Shown here: positions 23,361 through 35,869 of the stretch, one piece after another
Position numbering within the stretch: the stretch's first letter is position 1
How the letters are laid out: each line of letters opens with the position of its first letter
Source of the DNA: Asterionella formosa
Taxonomy: Eukaryota
DNA length: 64,000 nucleotides
Assembly (NCBI GenBank): GCA_002256025.1
Contig: NKIB01013009.1
Location: forward strand, 1-64,000
Direction: 5' to 3'
Translations under genes and position numbers: made by a program
Notes under the pieces: model-generated
Told to the model about the DNA's origin: nothing
The model's input: the letters and a program-made list of their open reading frames with translations, nothing else
Databases searched by the model: none

Positions 23361-24050
23361 CACAACAATAAATTTTACAGCAAATAAGTACCAGTGGTTT
23401 CATTTGAACAAAAGTGATGATAATGGTATAACATATTGCTTATTTCTATTGCTTGGCTATTGATTTCTCCCTCATGAAAATGAGTGTCAATGCCTAAATT
23501 GTGTCAAGCATATAATCAACCTTCCTTATTATTCTCCAGGGCAACACTTCATTTTAGCCAGGCAGCGGCACACATGCAGCAGTCTGTCAATGATGACACA
23601 TCACCACACACAAGGAACAATGCTGCCTTGAAACTCGCACATCACTTGCTATCAATTGTCACTCTTAACAGCACCAAGTCAGTCAAGCTTTCGAGTAGTT
23701 GTGCTGGCTGGTCTTGTATGAAACTGACAATGAATCATCCTCATCATCAGCTGCTGCTGCTTCTGTAGCATCCTGCTATGGTAATAATGGATGACGACAT
23801 CTCATTGGGACCATCAAGGACCTGAAGGAAAACATTCAGCAAGAACACATATTTTATGTTTTTGATGTTTTTATAGAGAGCTATGTACTGTACTTTATCA
23901 ATTGTCTACATGAATCAAGTATGTTAAAATGTATTGTAAGCCTCTGTGCACCAATCAAACCATTAACGAAAGGGTGCCGGCTCTAGCCACAATCTAAACC
24001 ATAGAAATGCTTTTTTATTCAGCTACACTCGGAGTCTAATCAACCAAATA

Positions 24051-24232
24051 CCTGGAAGTTGCGGTCATTTTGCTTTGAATAAAGACTGTAATCTTGGGTA
24101 AAGAAAGCTTTTCGTTCAGCAAAATTACCGCAACTTCCAGCAAGTTGCGGTAATTTTGCTTGAACTAACAATTTAATATGGGATAAAGATAGCTAAACTT
24201 TTAGTTTCAGCGAAATTACCGCAACTTGCTGA
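24051..24232. mobile_element. MITE family 1, fused tandem dimer (copies 2 and 3)
   Basis: TA|CCTGGAAGTTGCGGTCATTTTGCT...AGCAAAATTACCGCAACTT-CCAG-CAAGTTGCGGTAATTTTGCT...GCAACTTGCTGA|TA. The two units share CCAG at 24137-24140. Confidence 0.88.
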
Positions 24233-25593
24233 TATTTTTGTTGATAAGGGGGCCATTCTCGACCGAGACCAAAGCATAGTGGATTTTGGTCGACGCGGTG
24301 GCTAAAATATATTTGTTTTTTCGACTTACATGACGTATCACAACGTGTAAAGACCCGCATCTTCAATTGGCTTGGTATTCGGTCGATGCGGTGGCGATGC
24401 ACTTACCGTTTTCAACAACCGGTACAGAAAAGTCCTGGTACAAGGTACCTGCTACTGAACCAGGCACTGTACCGGTTGAACTACGTTATTATTGAGGTAC
24501 CTATATGTACGACAGAAAAATTACAATTTGGGTTGATTTTTACAGTAATACTTCGGTCGAAGGGGTCTGTTACCCCGAGACATGTGTTCGTCATGAGTTC
24601 GCACACCTCAACCAATCACAATGTCAAAGGTAGTTTGATGATTGCAGGGGCAATAGAATCGCAATGTCGGAGTAACACTTGATGTTAGGGGTACCATGTA
24701 GGATACCGGTCATGGAGTTGAAATGAAGAATCTGGTGTGCAGCTGGCATTCAAAATATACTATGGTTAGAACAAAATGCAATATCCTCTACTTGAACTTC
24801 TTGTGAGTCACGGAAGTGTTCCCTCATCAACTTGACGTTTGTAGTGTATTGAAAGACTAAATAGTTTCGCCAGATGTTCAGTGATTTTTCACCCTGCAAT
24901 TGCTTGATCATGGTTTACATGGGAACCCTAACAAATCGGTTTAGATTTGTGTTCTCAATGTCTGTTTGTTCGGCAGATGTTCGACAGCTGTCAAATGCCT
25001 CTGCTGTATTTCAGCTACGTCACGGATATGCTTGTTCACCACGTATTAATTTTGTCCACAAACCAAGGGGATGTAAATTATTACGTCATCACTTCTGGTT
25101 TCAATTTCTTCGTTTGTACCAGGTACCGTACCGGTACCAGGTATTCTTTTTTTGGGCGTCGTAAAATTGATTTCTCTCAAATACCGGTACATACATACAT
25201 ACATACCAACCAACCAACCAACCAATGTGTCAGACCGGTATATCCATGTCGAACAGTGAGTGATACCGGTACCCTGGTAATGTACTTGGATCTTGTACTA
25301 TTGGAGCACCTATGTACCTCGTGCCTTCCATCCAGAGGTCATTACGTAGAGATTTCTCAAATTTTCGGGGAATTAATTGAACATGATTTCTTGCTTACGT
25401 TATCGTTTCCTCAGGTAGAAAGCTACGTAAAATATATAGTAATTGCAAGAGTTTACAAGGTCAACAGCTTTCTATTCCATCATCCAAACGAAACTTCACA
25501 ATCTCACTGGGTTCAAAACGAGACAGCGACAAAGTTCAAATCTTTGAACTCTCTGATAATTAGCATTTCGTTCCTTGCGCAACCTTTCCTAGC

Positions 25594-26793
25594 ATGTGTG
25601 TCACCAACACAGTGAATAGGCGGCCCCAAGCGTTGACCTTTGGGAGCAACCTATCCGCCTCTGGGTCGTTTTTCCCAAATCGACAGTGCAAAGCCGTGTT
25701 TGCAGTCAACGACACATCCGACATTTGCGCGTCCGCGACCGCAGAGAATGCGAGTGTCACGTCCAGCGATGTCTCTGACTCATCCAGGTACGAGCCTGAT
25801 GATCTACGCCCAAGGAGACGCCGCAAGCCACAACAGCCTGGCAAAACGGCTAAACTGAACGACCGCCATTTCGTAGTTCACAACTATCATGATCACGCCC
25901 TTGATGACGAGGACTTTGTTGAAGATGTCGTCGAAGCTGCAGATTCAAACGACAAGCGTCGTGGAGGGGTCGCAACTTCCTTTCCTCAAAAGCTACACGA
26001 AATGTTGGATAGAATTGAAGCCGACGGTTTGGCTGGTGTCATTTCCTGGCAGCCTCACGGGCGTGCCTTTCTCGTGCACAAGCCCAAGGAGTTTGTCTCT
26101 GTTGTCATGCCCAAGTACTTCCGCCAGACCAAGCTCACGTCCTTCCAACGACAACTTAACCTGTATGGCTTCTGCCGCCTCACAAGGGGTAAAGACAGTA
26201 GGGGATATTACCATGAGTTATTCCTTCGCGGCAAGCCGTCCTTGACCAACTACATGGTTCGCACCAAGGTCAAGGGAACTGGCTTCAAGGCAGCCAGTAG
26301 TCCGGATCAAGAGCCAGACCTTTACTCTTTCCCTCCTGTGGAAGTTGTGACTCCGCCAGTCTCATGTCATGAAGCCTCCGATGGGAGCACTTCCGTAGAC
26401 GTTTCTTCCACTGGTGATATCCAATCAGAACCTTGCCAATTATGGAATCCTACACAGCATCCACCCTGCACTATCGAAGCATGCATGAATAACGCTGGGG
26501 CTTTTGCTGAGCCTCATCCCATTCCGATGTCACCTCCCATGACTCCAATTCATGAGTTATTCGACTCGTCTAGCCAGTCAATCTGTCCGGATATCCAAAT
26601 GTCAAACAGCTTTGATATAGGCTTGGAAAACGTGGTTGAAGAGACCATGTCTTGGGGTCAGTCCAACATCATGCTGGAATTTGCGCAAGCGTGGTGCAAT
26701 GCTGATGTCGACGAACAAGAGATTGACGATGCGGTCGAAAGTGACATGCAACTCGGTTTTCTGTTGGAACAGTTTTTAGGTGACAATGAGTAG
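25594..26793 (+). CDS. Heat shock transcription factor (HSF-type DNA-binding domain)
   Basis: FPQKLHEMLD...ISWQPHGRAFLVHKPKEFV..VMPKYFRQTKLTSFQRQLNLYGF...YYHELFLRG, preceded by the diatom-type HNYHDH motif. Confidence 0.95.
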   Translation: MCVTNTVNRRPQALTFGSNLSASGSFFPNRQCKAVFAVNDTSDICASATAENASVTSSDVSDSSRYEPDDLRPRRRRKPQQPGKTAKLNDRHFVVHNYHDHALDDEDFVEDVVEAADSNDKRRGGVATSFPQKLHEMLDRIEADGLAGVISWQPHGRAFLVHKPKEFVSVVMPKYFRQTKLTSFQRQLNLYGFCRLTRGKDSRGYYHELFLRGKPSLTNYMVRTKVKGTGFKAASSPDQEPDLYSFPPVEVVTPPVSCHEASDGSTSVDVSSTGDIQSEPCQLWNPTQHPPCTIEACMNNAGAFAEPHPIPMSPPMTPIHELFDSSSQSICPDIQMSNSFDIGLENVVEETMSWGQSNIMLEFAQAWCNADVDEQEIDDAVESDMQLGFLLEQFLGDNE

Positions 26794-27405
26794 ATGAGGA
26801 GAACGAGCAAGAGCGATGATGACTAAAAGGCCTATTTGCACCACAATAAAGACGAGTGAGAATCACTCGCGATTCATTTAGGAATTGTATAATAATGGTT
26901 TATAACTGCTTCGAAGAGAAGCAAAGGTAAGGACTTGGTCGAATTATTTTATTTTATTGATTTCTGCCTATATATCTAGTTTCTCAGAGGATTTCTACTC
27001 TTAGAATTGAGGGCGGTCCCTCAGGTGCTGCTTCTAGCTTAAGGACGGACAATGGCTACTGGTACGGTGGGTTTCATGAGTCATTCAAGTTAAAGCTATG
27101 TAGAAATCTTATCGTATATCGTTCTGTTTGTGTATACATGAACCGGTATGTACAACGGTATACTTCCAGAATCTGTCAACACTCTGCCTCGAACAAGTCA
27201 CGAGCTGCTTGCTCTTCGCCTTGCTGGATTTTGGTTGGTACCAGGTACCTGGCACCAGCACCGGTGGTACCAGGGTACCTGGTACCAGGTACCTGCTTTG
27301 TTGCAGTGTTGCGGAGTCGTGGAACTGCCAGCGGCACCTAAAATTTGGATGAGGGGATATCATGATTGTTATGTACTACCGGTACCAGGTACCAGGTACC
27401 AGTTA

Positions 27406-27501
27406 CCTGTAAGTTGCGGTCATTTTGCTTTTATTAACATTTTGATCTCGGATGAAGATAGCTAAATCTTCAGTTTCAGCAAAATTACCGTAACTTGCAG
27501 G
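27406..27501. mobile_element. MITE family 1, copy 4
   Basis: TA|CCTGTAAGTTGCGGTCATTTTGCT...AGCAAAATTACCGTAACTTGCAGG|TA, 96 bp, embedded in a GGTACC array. Confidence 0.92.
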
Positions 27502-27577
27502 TACTGGTAGCTATGAGGAAACCGGTTTTCTACGATTTGATTATCGCCGCAACATACCGGTACCACCGTGTTAAGTA

Positions 27578-27856
27578 ACTAACTAGAAGTAGTAGTATTT
27601 GTTGAATATATGAGCTTATTACCCGTAATTAATCCTTGTGTGCAACTCGATCTCCTAGGTTGATACTAAAGTATTCAAGTAGGTGTAAGTCGAGTTCTCT
27701 CCTGATAGAGTTCTGATATATCTATGTAAAACTAACCCTATAGGTGAGTCTGCAGTTGAGCAAGATCACTCACTCTCCCACACCAAGGGAAAACCTTTCA
27801 CCAAGCAAGAATGAAAAGGTTTGATATGACAAATATTAATTCGTTCAGTAGTACTA
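27578..27856 (+). repeat. Dispersed repeat family A, copy 2
   Basis: Direct repeat of 29358-29548 and inverted repeat of 15440-15701; core begins tgttgaatatatgagcttatt. Confidence 0.9.
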
Positions 27857-29357
27857 GGTATAGTTCAGTGATATCATGCATGGGACACATGAATCCTGCT
27901 ATGCAATAATTGGAATATCCTGCATTACAAAAAAGGGCGGTATCCAGACCATAATTATCCTGTAAATAACAAATGATATCCAGATGATGACTGACATGGA
28001 ACATATTCAAAGTTTTTGTCATGTAGATATAATAATAGCATTGCTTTTGTTGCACATGTGCAATCTGTTCAGCATTCAGCTGGTTTTTGTTAGCCACATA
28101 GTAGGCCACTAGCTGACCAACAGGAGGGTTCATGACCACTAAAATTTCTTAGGAAGATTCATAGAAGTTGGCAGGTATGGCCCTTGGCTCCGTACTCTAA
28201 CCAGGCATCATCATAGGGTTAACCCATGGATTTGTAGAAACATGCATGCAAGGCAGAAAAAATGAATAGGGTTCGCTGTGTCAGTATGATAGTTTGCTCT
28301 GCATAGTGTTTCCACGCAAGAGGAACAGTAAGTGGGTTAGCAGTGTAAGTAGTGTTAGTAGTAGTAAGATAACTTGAGGGGCATTGTGTTTGGCCATTGG
28401 TTCACAACTGCATGCATGGCTGGCTGCAATCATGATTGCAGGTGCACTACCACAACCGCTTCATGTAAAAATATTCCCGCTTGGTTTCTTGATGCATCAC
28501 ATGATTGCCTTCAACTTTAACTATATATTGACAATTTCATGTTAAAAGTTGACACAAGTCCCGCTTGGTTTCTTGATACATCACATGATTGCCTTTAGCG
28601 CTTTTGTATCATGGTAGAATCCATGCTTGGGGATGTGCTTGAGACAATCCCCATAGAATGATTATTGACTCTCAAAGTAAGTCGAAACCGAGCAAATCGA
28701 TTGGTCTGTGTTGCTTTCTTGTTACAATTCAAACTGTTGCTGCCACACATCAAGCATAGAACAAATTGCAATCACCATCAAATCTTCCGTGGTCAAAGTC
28801 TCTTGATCTTCTGAATGAAACGAGTTTGAGGAGTTTTTTCCTGGTTTTGAGACAGTATTCAAGTCCATTAAAATGCTGAATGGTTTTGTCAAGTATCAGA
28901 GCATTCACTGATGCTGACACTGAAAGCTATCCTGGAGAAGAAAAGGTTGCACATCCAACAAAAAACCATATCACCATGGCATCATCAAAACTGTTATTGG
29001 GCTGATCATCTGGGAGTATTTCAACATTTATCCATTCGGACAAGGCGATTTACGTAAGGTACCTTTGGAGTAGAAAGAAGGTATTTCTTTCTGGATGTTA
29101 GGAAAGCAATGTCATGGAATTAACTCACAGCATCCAACAAAACTTCCACAGAGCTTCCATGAATATCATCTTGCTTGCTTGAAAGACTCAAGATGTCGAA
29201 CTGATATGAAAGTATGAAAGGTGCTATTCTTGATGTTTATTAGGTTGAAATCCTGGATCAATGGGACCACTGGGACTTGAGAATACATCAACATTGTTAA
29301 TTCTAATTTGACTCTTTTTGAATTCAAAGTGAAGTATCTAACTAAAAGTATTAGAAT

Positions 29358-29548
29358 TTGTTGAATATATGAGCTTATTAGTTAATCCTTGTGTGCAACT
29401 CGATCTCCTAGTAGGTTGACACTAAAGTATTCAAGTAGGTGTAAGTCGAGTTCTCTCCTGATAGAGTTCTGATATATCTATGTAAACCTAACCCTATGCT
29501 GTGTCTGCAGTTGAGCGAGATCGCTCACCCTGGTACCACCACCAAGGA
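29358..29548 (+). repeat. Dispersed repeat family A, copy 3 (3'-truncated)
   Basis: Near-identical to 27600-27790 (actaaagtattcaagtaggtgtaagtcgagttctctcctgatagagttctgatatatctatgtaaa). Confidence 0.9.
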
Positions 29549-31157
29549 ACGGCAATATGTCGCTCTCCTATATAAACAATGTCAAGAAAATGAGCAATGA
29601 TTTTAGTACCGGGTACTAAGAACCATACTTGATACTTTTTGTCTTCATTTCTATTAATTTCTATTTATGTATATAAATTTGTGTATATCACGATAGATAT
29701 ATGGTGAGAAGCCTACCTAGTAGTATATTACTTATAAGAGGTGTGCTATGTATGAATCATACATACGGCCTCTGATAGATAAATAATATAGCTTTATGTA
29801 TACACGCACATATATATACTATGTTTTATAGTACTTTTTTAACAATGCAACTTGCAACTTTACACCCTCCTCCACGCTGTATTGGTTCTACGGTCCTCCC
29901 TACGTGCTGCTGCTGAAATTTCCGCCCCCACCATGGTGTCTTCAAACAAGCCAGCATGCACTGCTGCCCTTCTGAGGAACCCTCATGTGGACAGCAATAA
30001 CCGCTTCACTCCTGTCAACAATGCACAAAAGAAAGCGCCCAAATGTGCAAACAAGAAGTCAAGGCTTGACATATGGAAATCAATGCCTACTATATTAGCT
30101 AGGCATCTACTTCCAGAACCAACCTGCCTCCTCCCTCATCCTCTCTCACTAATTTTATTGCTCAGCTACTACCTGCTGTTCTCTCTGTTGCCACCATGTG
30201 AAACAAGAAGAAGTGCTCCTTCCAGCTGCTATGAACCCTGCTCCCCCCATCACTGTGTCATTTCTTATTGATCCTCTCCACCCACATATCTTTGCTGCTC
30301 CTACCTCGATTTACCCTATGTGCTATCCAGCCTGGATTCGATCATGGGTACTCCAACCCCTTCTTCTGATTCCTATATTTCATCCTGCCTGGCAATTGAT
30401 TGCCAGGCTTCTCAATTCAAATTTACAGAAATGGCCATACAGTTTGCCCTAAATACTTTCTGTGTCTCCCAGGAACCTTCTCTTTTGCTCTCTTATCATG
30501 TCGTCATCGGGCTACACTCCTTATATTGATTCTTCCAATTCCTGGCTTCTCATTTCACAACAATTCTCCCAAATTGGCCATGCAGCTTTCATATTTGGTC
30601 TCTATTTATTGATTGGCCTTCCAGTCTGCACTCTTTCCCCTCTACTGTTCTACACATGATTTCAAACCCTCTAAGAGCCCATAATGGGCACCTTGCCCTT
30701 GCTCACCATCTCTATGGTTGTTTTGCCTCCAAACTGAAACCCCTAAGAGTCCCACAAATGGACTCACCCACACTTGTCATCCTCTTCGGGTCCACTCACT
30801 GTAGTGCGACTCCACAAGCTCGATTTGATTCGAGTTTCAATAAAAGCATACTTCAAGATTTAGTTGGCTCTTACATGTATGTTTAGTGGTCATATACATT
30901 ATGATGATAAATATAAATACAGTAGACACAGAGTACTGGTAGAGCAAAGCAAAAAGGAACGACAGATCGGCATAAATACCGGTACACTTCTCATTCACAA
31001 ACCCCCCGCGAAGGAAGGCAGTCCCTGGTACCTGGTAGGTCTAGATTCTAGATAGAAATCTCTGCATCACAATACGGTATGCACATCATGAATTAGTAAA
31101 TTTTTTTGTCACGTCTCCAGTGTGTTGAACTTGTTTCTGTTGACCATCGGATGCAGC

Positions 31158-31928
31158 ATGTCCTCTAATGACTATGTCGAGTCTATGGAGAAGGAGCACG
31201 CCACGGATGCTCCCATCGAAACAACTGCATCCAGTATCCAACCCAAACAGTCGATCGTTGATATGGACATCAACTTTGGCAGCCAGCTCTTTTCTGCGTA
31301 CATGGCGGAACCAAAGGATGGCAATCCATCGCCTCCTTGTGTTTTGGTAATTCATGAGTGGTGGGGTCTGAACGATCAAATCAAGTCCGTGACAAGGCAA
31401 CTCGCTGGAGAAGGATACGTAGCTCTTGCTGTTGACTTGTACCAGTGCGAGGCAGCCTCTTCCGTACCGGAGGCTCGTGATTTAATGAAAACGGCCATGA
31501 CGAACAAAGCAAGCGTACTTGATCATTTGAATGAAGCGGTGGTCTATTTGAGACGGTTATATCCAAAGTCCAAACTTGGTGTGATTGGATGGTGTTTTGG
31601 AGGGACTTTTTCGCTGCAAGTTTCATTGGTCTGTCCAATAGATGCCACTGTAGTTTACTATGGGCACCTGGTGTCGGATCCAGATGAAATCATGCCATTG
31701 TCATCGCCAGTGTTGGGTATTTTTGGCGAACTTGATAAAAGTATTAAATTGGAGCATGTCAAATCTTTTGAAAGTGCATTGAGGGCAAGAGGGAAAGAAC
31801 ATGAAATTCATGTCTACCCAAATGTAGATCACGCTTTTGCCAATCCATCGGGTATGTTATACAATGAAGATGCCGCTGTGGACGCTTGGTCTAAAACATT
31901 GATGTTCTTTGAAAAACACCTAAAATGA
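31158..31928 (+). CDS. Dienelactone hydrolase family protein (carboxymethylenebutenolidase-like)
   Basis: VIHEWWGLND, nucleophile motif GWCFGG, GIFGELD and HAFAN. First ATG is at 31158. Confidence 0.93.
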   Translation: MSSNDYVESMEKEHATDAPIETTASSIQPKQSIVDMDINFGSQLFSAYMAEPKDGNPSPPCVLVIHEWWGLNDQIKSVTRQLAGEGYVALAVDLYQCEAASSVPEARDLMKTAMTNKASVLDHLNEAVVYLRRLYPKSKLGVIGWCFGGTFSLQVSLVCPIDATVVYYGHLVSDPDEIMPLSSPVLGIFGELDKSIKLEHVKSFESALRARGKEHEIHVYPNVDHAFANPSGMLYNEDAAVDAWSKTLMFFEKHLK

Positions 31929-32115
31929 TGAGTGCAATGTTCTGATTTGCAAAGGGATCTCCTTTTCTTTGGTCATAAAATGTATAATAATAATAAATAA
32001 TGTATGGGCTAAATAAGAAAACATTATAAGCAGGAAAGGTAATAACATGAGCGCCAAATCAGTCACAGAAACGTATATGGAATATGCACCTCTCATCCAG
32101 AGTATGAAGTTTACA

Positions 32116-32898
32116 TTAGCCCTTGGTAGTCGATGGAGCCAATGGCTCGATTGATTCAACAAGAAGGGAGAAGGGGAAGACTCCTTCGCCGAACGTTTCC
32201 TTGGGATTAGGAGTCCCATCACTAAGTTTCAGAGAAAGCATCAAACCAATCTCCTGCATTTCTGACAGGTCAAATTTGTATTTTTGCTGTTCTTCGCCAG
32301 ACGGTTTGCTCGATGCTCGCCCTCCCCATGCTGGTAGAAAGCTGCTTAGTGGAAGGGTGATTTCTTGAACCTCTCGTGATTCGCCTTGTTTCTGTGTCGG
32401 AATGTCTACTTGCCATGAAGGGCTGCGAGCAAAAGGTCCTCCTGTTGCGCCTTTTCCATCGGAAAGGAGGAACTTGTATGTCTTCCCATCACCTCGAAAG
32501 CGGATACGGAACGCTTCAACATCCTTGCTCAATAGCCCTTGTGGAATCTTGGCTCGAATCGAAGTGAAACCTCCTCCTTCTGTATTGATGGTTCCTGTAA
32601 AGTGCAAACCGCCTACATTCGAATGCACAGTCTCTGATTGTCCACCCATGACTCCGTCATCCAGACGATACCAACTCAATGATTTGCCCAGCATGTTAAG
32701 GGCAGGGATGGCACTTGCCTCGTTGGCTGCTCGGTCATATTTCATAACTCGCACGGCTTGGCCCATTTTCTCGTCGTGTTGGTGGCGATTCGATTTCCAA
32801 AACTGAAACCACTGATTTGTGACAACAGTTATTCGTGAACCCTGTTGAGCTACTGTCAAATGACCAAAAACTGCGACACCAAAGAGAACTCTTCTCAT
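32116..32898 (-). CDS. CIA30-domain (complex I intermediate-associated protein 30-like) protein
   Basis: WYRLDDGVMGGQS, FTGTINTEGGGFTSIR and FRGDGKTYK. The N-terminus is signal-like and the start is uncertain. Confidence 0.88.
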   Translation of the reverse strand: MRRVLFGVAVFGHLTVAQQGSRITVVTNQWFQFWKSNRHQHDEKMGQAVRVMKYDRAANEASAIPALNMLGKSLSWYRLDDGVMGGQSETVHSNVGGLHFTGTINTEGGGFTSIRAKIPQGLLSKDVEAFRIRFRGDGKTYKFLLSDGKGATGGPFARSPSWQVDIPTQKQGESREVQEITLPLSSFLPAWGGRASSKPSGEEQQKYKFDLSEMQEIGLMLSLKLSDGTPNPKETFGEGVFPFSLLVESIEPLAPSTTKG

Positions 32899-33599
32899 TC
32901 CAAGAACTATGATAGTACTCCTTCCTACAGTATGTACACTGAAGGATTTGCAACGTGTAGAAACGTGTCAAGATTCGAATATAGAAGCACGCAGAAGGTC
33001 CGTCACCTTTCGCTCGGCATCCCTTGATGACCAGCAGTCTTGGAAATGGTGAATGAAAGAGCTCCTCTTTCGAGAGCTATGAGCCGATTGTGAAAACCGG
33101 TAAATATGAGACCAAACTGTCCTCTGTCGAAGTGGTTTGGTGATGGAGAAACAATCGTCAATTTATTTTTGTCGAAGTTGTATATCAATGGCCCTATTAC
33201 TTGGTACCTGGTACTGGAAATATCTCTATATATTTCAACCCTAGATTAGAGGTATGTAGGGTTTAACATTAATATTGAGTCAGACTAATCAAACACATGA
33301 TACATTTCAAGTCTAAAAAATGTACATCGCTACTTGGAGCTTTCACCCTTGAACACCCTTTCCATATGCTTAGATACAGTCATTGATCGAAATAGGGGTA
33401 TAGGTCAACTCTATGTAACGTCAGTATATAGGGTTTGGCCAGAAACTGTAGAAAGGAACTTCGGTTTTTTAACTATACTGAAAATAGTGGTGGATTTTAC
33501 CAGGCCAACTTGTTTATTTGGCCTACTAGTAAAATAACCAAAGTTCCTTTTTGCAGTTTTTTTGTCGAAATTTAACTTCTGGGGCTATATTAAGATTAC

Positions 33600-35100
33600 C
33601 TATGTACTTAACTCTTCTTCAAACCCTGCCAACATTGAGCTTTGTTGTCCTGTCTTTTTTGTTGGACTGTTTCAAATCATGAAGTCATCTCTTGTTTCAT
33701 TTCCTTTTCGGTTTGAATTGGGCATTGTAGGCTGCATCTTCGTTCTGTCGCTTTTCCTTTTATTTCCTGAATGATTCGTGCAGCTGTGACATCTCCATTC
33801 CACATTGCTTGTATAAATCCTTTGTGCATTGTGCAGCTCGTTGTTGTATGTGCTGCCAAGCAACCAAAGCAACTCGATATTGCAGGCCACTAGATCCAGC
33901 AAACACCTTGTTTTTTGGACATAGTTGTGACAATGCATTGTTCATTGCTTCAGAAATCTGAATGTCAAAGGGATGATGCAATGATGGCAGCTTTTTGCCT
34001 TCAACTTTCGTTGCAACATGCAACATGCATCAACCATTGATTTAATTTCGTTTCTTTTTCCTTGTCATGATATTTTCCATTGCTAACATTTTTCCTGCTT
34101 TTACAGGGTACCATGTCTCAGAGCAGTAATCATGGCAGCCAAACAAGTGGTTGATTGGTGCCATGGAGGATTATGTGAATTTGGTCAGAACAAGGTTGCG
34201 ATTTTTCTTGATTCAGGCCCGATAATAAATCATTTCCACAACAGCATCTGATTCCAATGTCTTTGAACTACCAGTTTCGTGATTCTTAGGGCAAAAATGT
34301 TCCTTGATTGGTTTCTTGTACCACATAGCCCTGTTGCACACATTACAGACCTTAGATTTCACACAATTGTCTAGAATTGTTTTCGTGTTGCCACCAATAC
34401 AAAAAGCATGTCCACTTATAGAACAGTAAGACTGTTCCACCACTGAAAATCCTTTGTCAGCCCAATCTCCTTGTTCATGCACATTGAGTGTCTGATATAT
34501 TTCTTCCTGACACGCCTCTTTCATTCCAAGAGCTGTTGTATCAGTTTCGGCTATTCCTACCATTTCCTCTCCAACACCAAACTTACCTTGCATAGACCAA
34601 AATCCAAAGGTACTTGGTAAGTTCATTGCGGAGCAAATAAAATCTGCATCACCCAATCCCATTTCGGCTTCATGACAACCCAAATTAAACTATTTGTTGA
34701 TAGAAAAGTGTTTTGCTTCTATTTCCTTATTTGTTACCTCACCATTGTCTTCAATGTTGTTGCTTCTTGCAAATTCGAGTTTAGAAATCATTTCCCGACA
34801 GGCGAAACAGGAGACTTCGAATTCACTTCTTGCCAAGCCGAAATTTTCCGAAGACACAACAATCAACGGTTTCTTCATGCTTGAAATTGGTCGGTCAAGC
34901 ATACTATCCTGGTCTAGAAATGCTTCACATTGCTGTTCGATGGACAGCTTTTTTTTGCTCTATTTGATATAAAGTAAGTTACAAAGTCATGAAGTGATTG
35001 TTTGCAATATTCTTTTACAAATTTATTAACACAACTTTTTCAACACATATCTTCCTGCAGCAACTTCAGCAATGAATGATGATTGATTAGATAATTCCAG
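33600..35100 (-). pseudogene. Decayed Mutator-like (MULE/Phantom-type) transposase
   Basis: YCSISGHAFCIGGNTKTILDNCVKSKVCNVC...KEHFCPKNHETGSSKTLESDAVVEM fits the S..G....IG..T.K.LD....SK.C..C...H.C..N..GSS..ME pattern. Multiple stops and frameshifts; TIRs not found. Confidence 0.75.
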
Positions 35101-35869
35101 TTTAGTTGAGATTCTGGTTGGATTGTTGTTGCTGTGCTTGTTTTGGGGGGATGGAATGGGATTATAGAGGACCATCAATTCTGATTTTCATCCCCAATCA
35201 TATGTCAACCTCCATGTCCACCAGTTTCAATTTCAGAAACTAGTCGACCACCTCTGGAATGCAGCATATTGCTGTTTCTGTTGTTGTTGTTGTTGTTGTT
35301 GTGTGTTAAAATATAGGGCAAAATTGAAATATTAAAAACGGAAATCTTTTACATAAAAATCATTTTGAATACATGCTACCTCACTTCTAAATTTTTTTGA
35401 AATGACATACGTTGGTGGATTGAAATAGAAATTCTATTGAAATGAATACCGGTAGTAAACCTGAATTGGAAACTTCTATGATGCCGCCTTCCAATTAGGC
35501 CCTAAATGACACAATTTGTTAGAAATTTCGCTCTTGACTCCAGCTGCGCCGTAATGTCTCCTGACGTACGAAATGTCTTTTTCTTTTCTTTTCTTTTCTC
35601 TTCTATACAGTTTTATAATTTTGTAATTTAAAATAAACTCAATATTATATTTGTCACGGTACGAGGTAGGGTGTTGACATTTGACTTTTTGCATAGGATG
35701 CAAGGCGAATGCCCTTCACATTGAAAGCTTTCCCTTTGCGGCCAGTTCTCGCAGTGATATGAATGCTTACTCTGCCAGACCCTACGCATCGCTTCATCAA
35801 GAGTCCATTGCATAAAGAACGATCCACAAGAAATATCGTGAAGAACGGAAATGGGGACGAAAACAGAAA

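Noticed and set aside
24240..24410. Possible additional small MITE (tcgaccgagaccaaagc / gcttggtattcggtcga)
   Set aside because: The inverted repeat is short and imperfect, single-copy in this window, and has no clear TSD.
27109..27465. Short ORFs rich in PGTRY/YLVPG on both strands (also near 13800, 40560, 44050, 50000 and 52400)
   Set aside because: They are translation by-products of the stop-poor palindromic GGTACC arrays.
29850..30890. Cluster of short ORFs as a gene
   Set aside because: Fragmented, CpG-poor and with no recognisable domain; probably a decayed repeat that I cannot classify.
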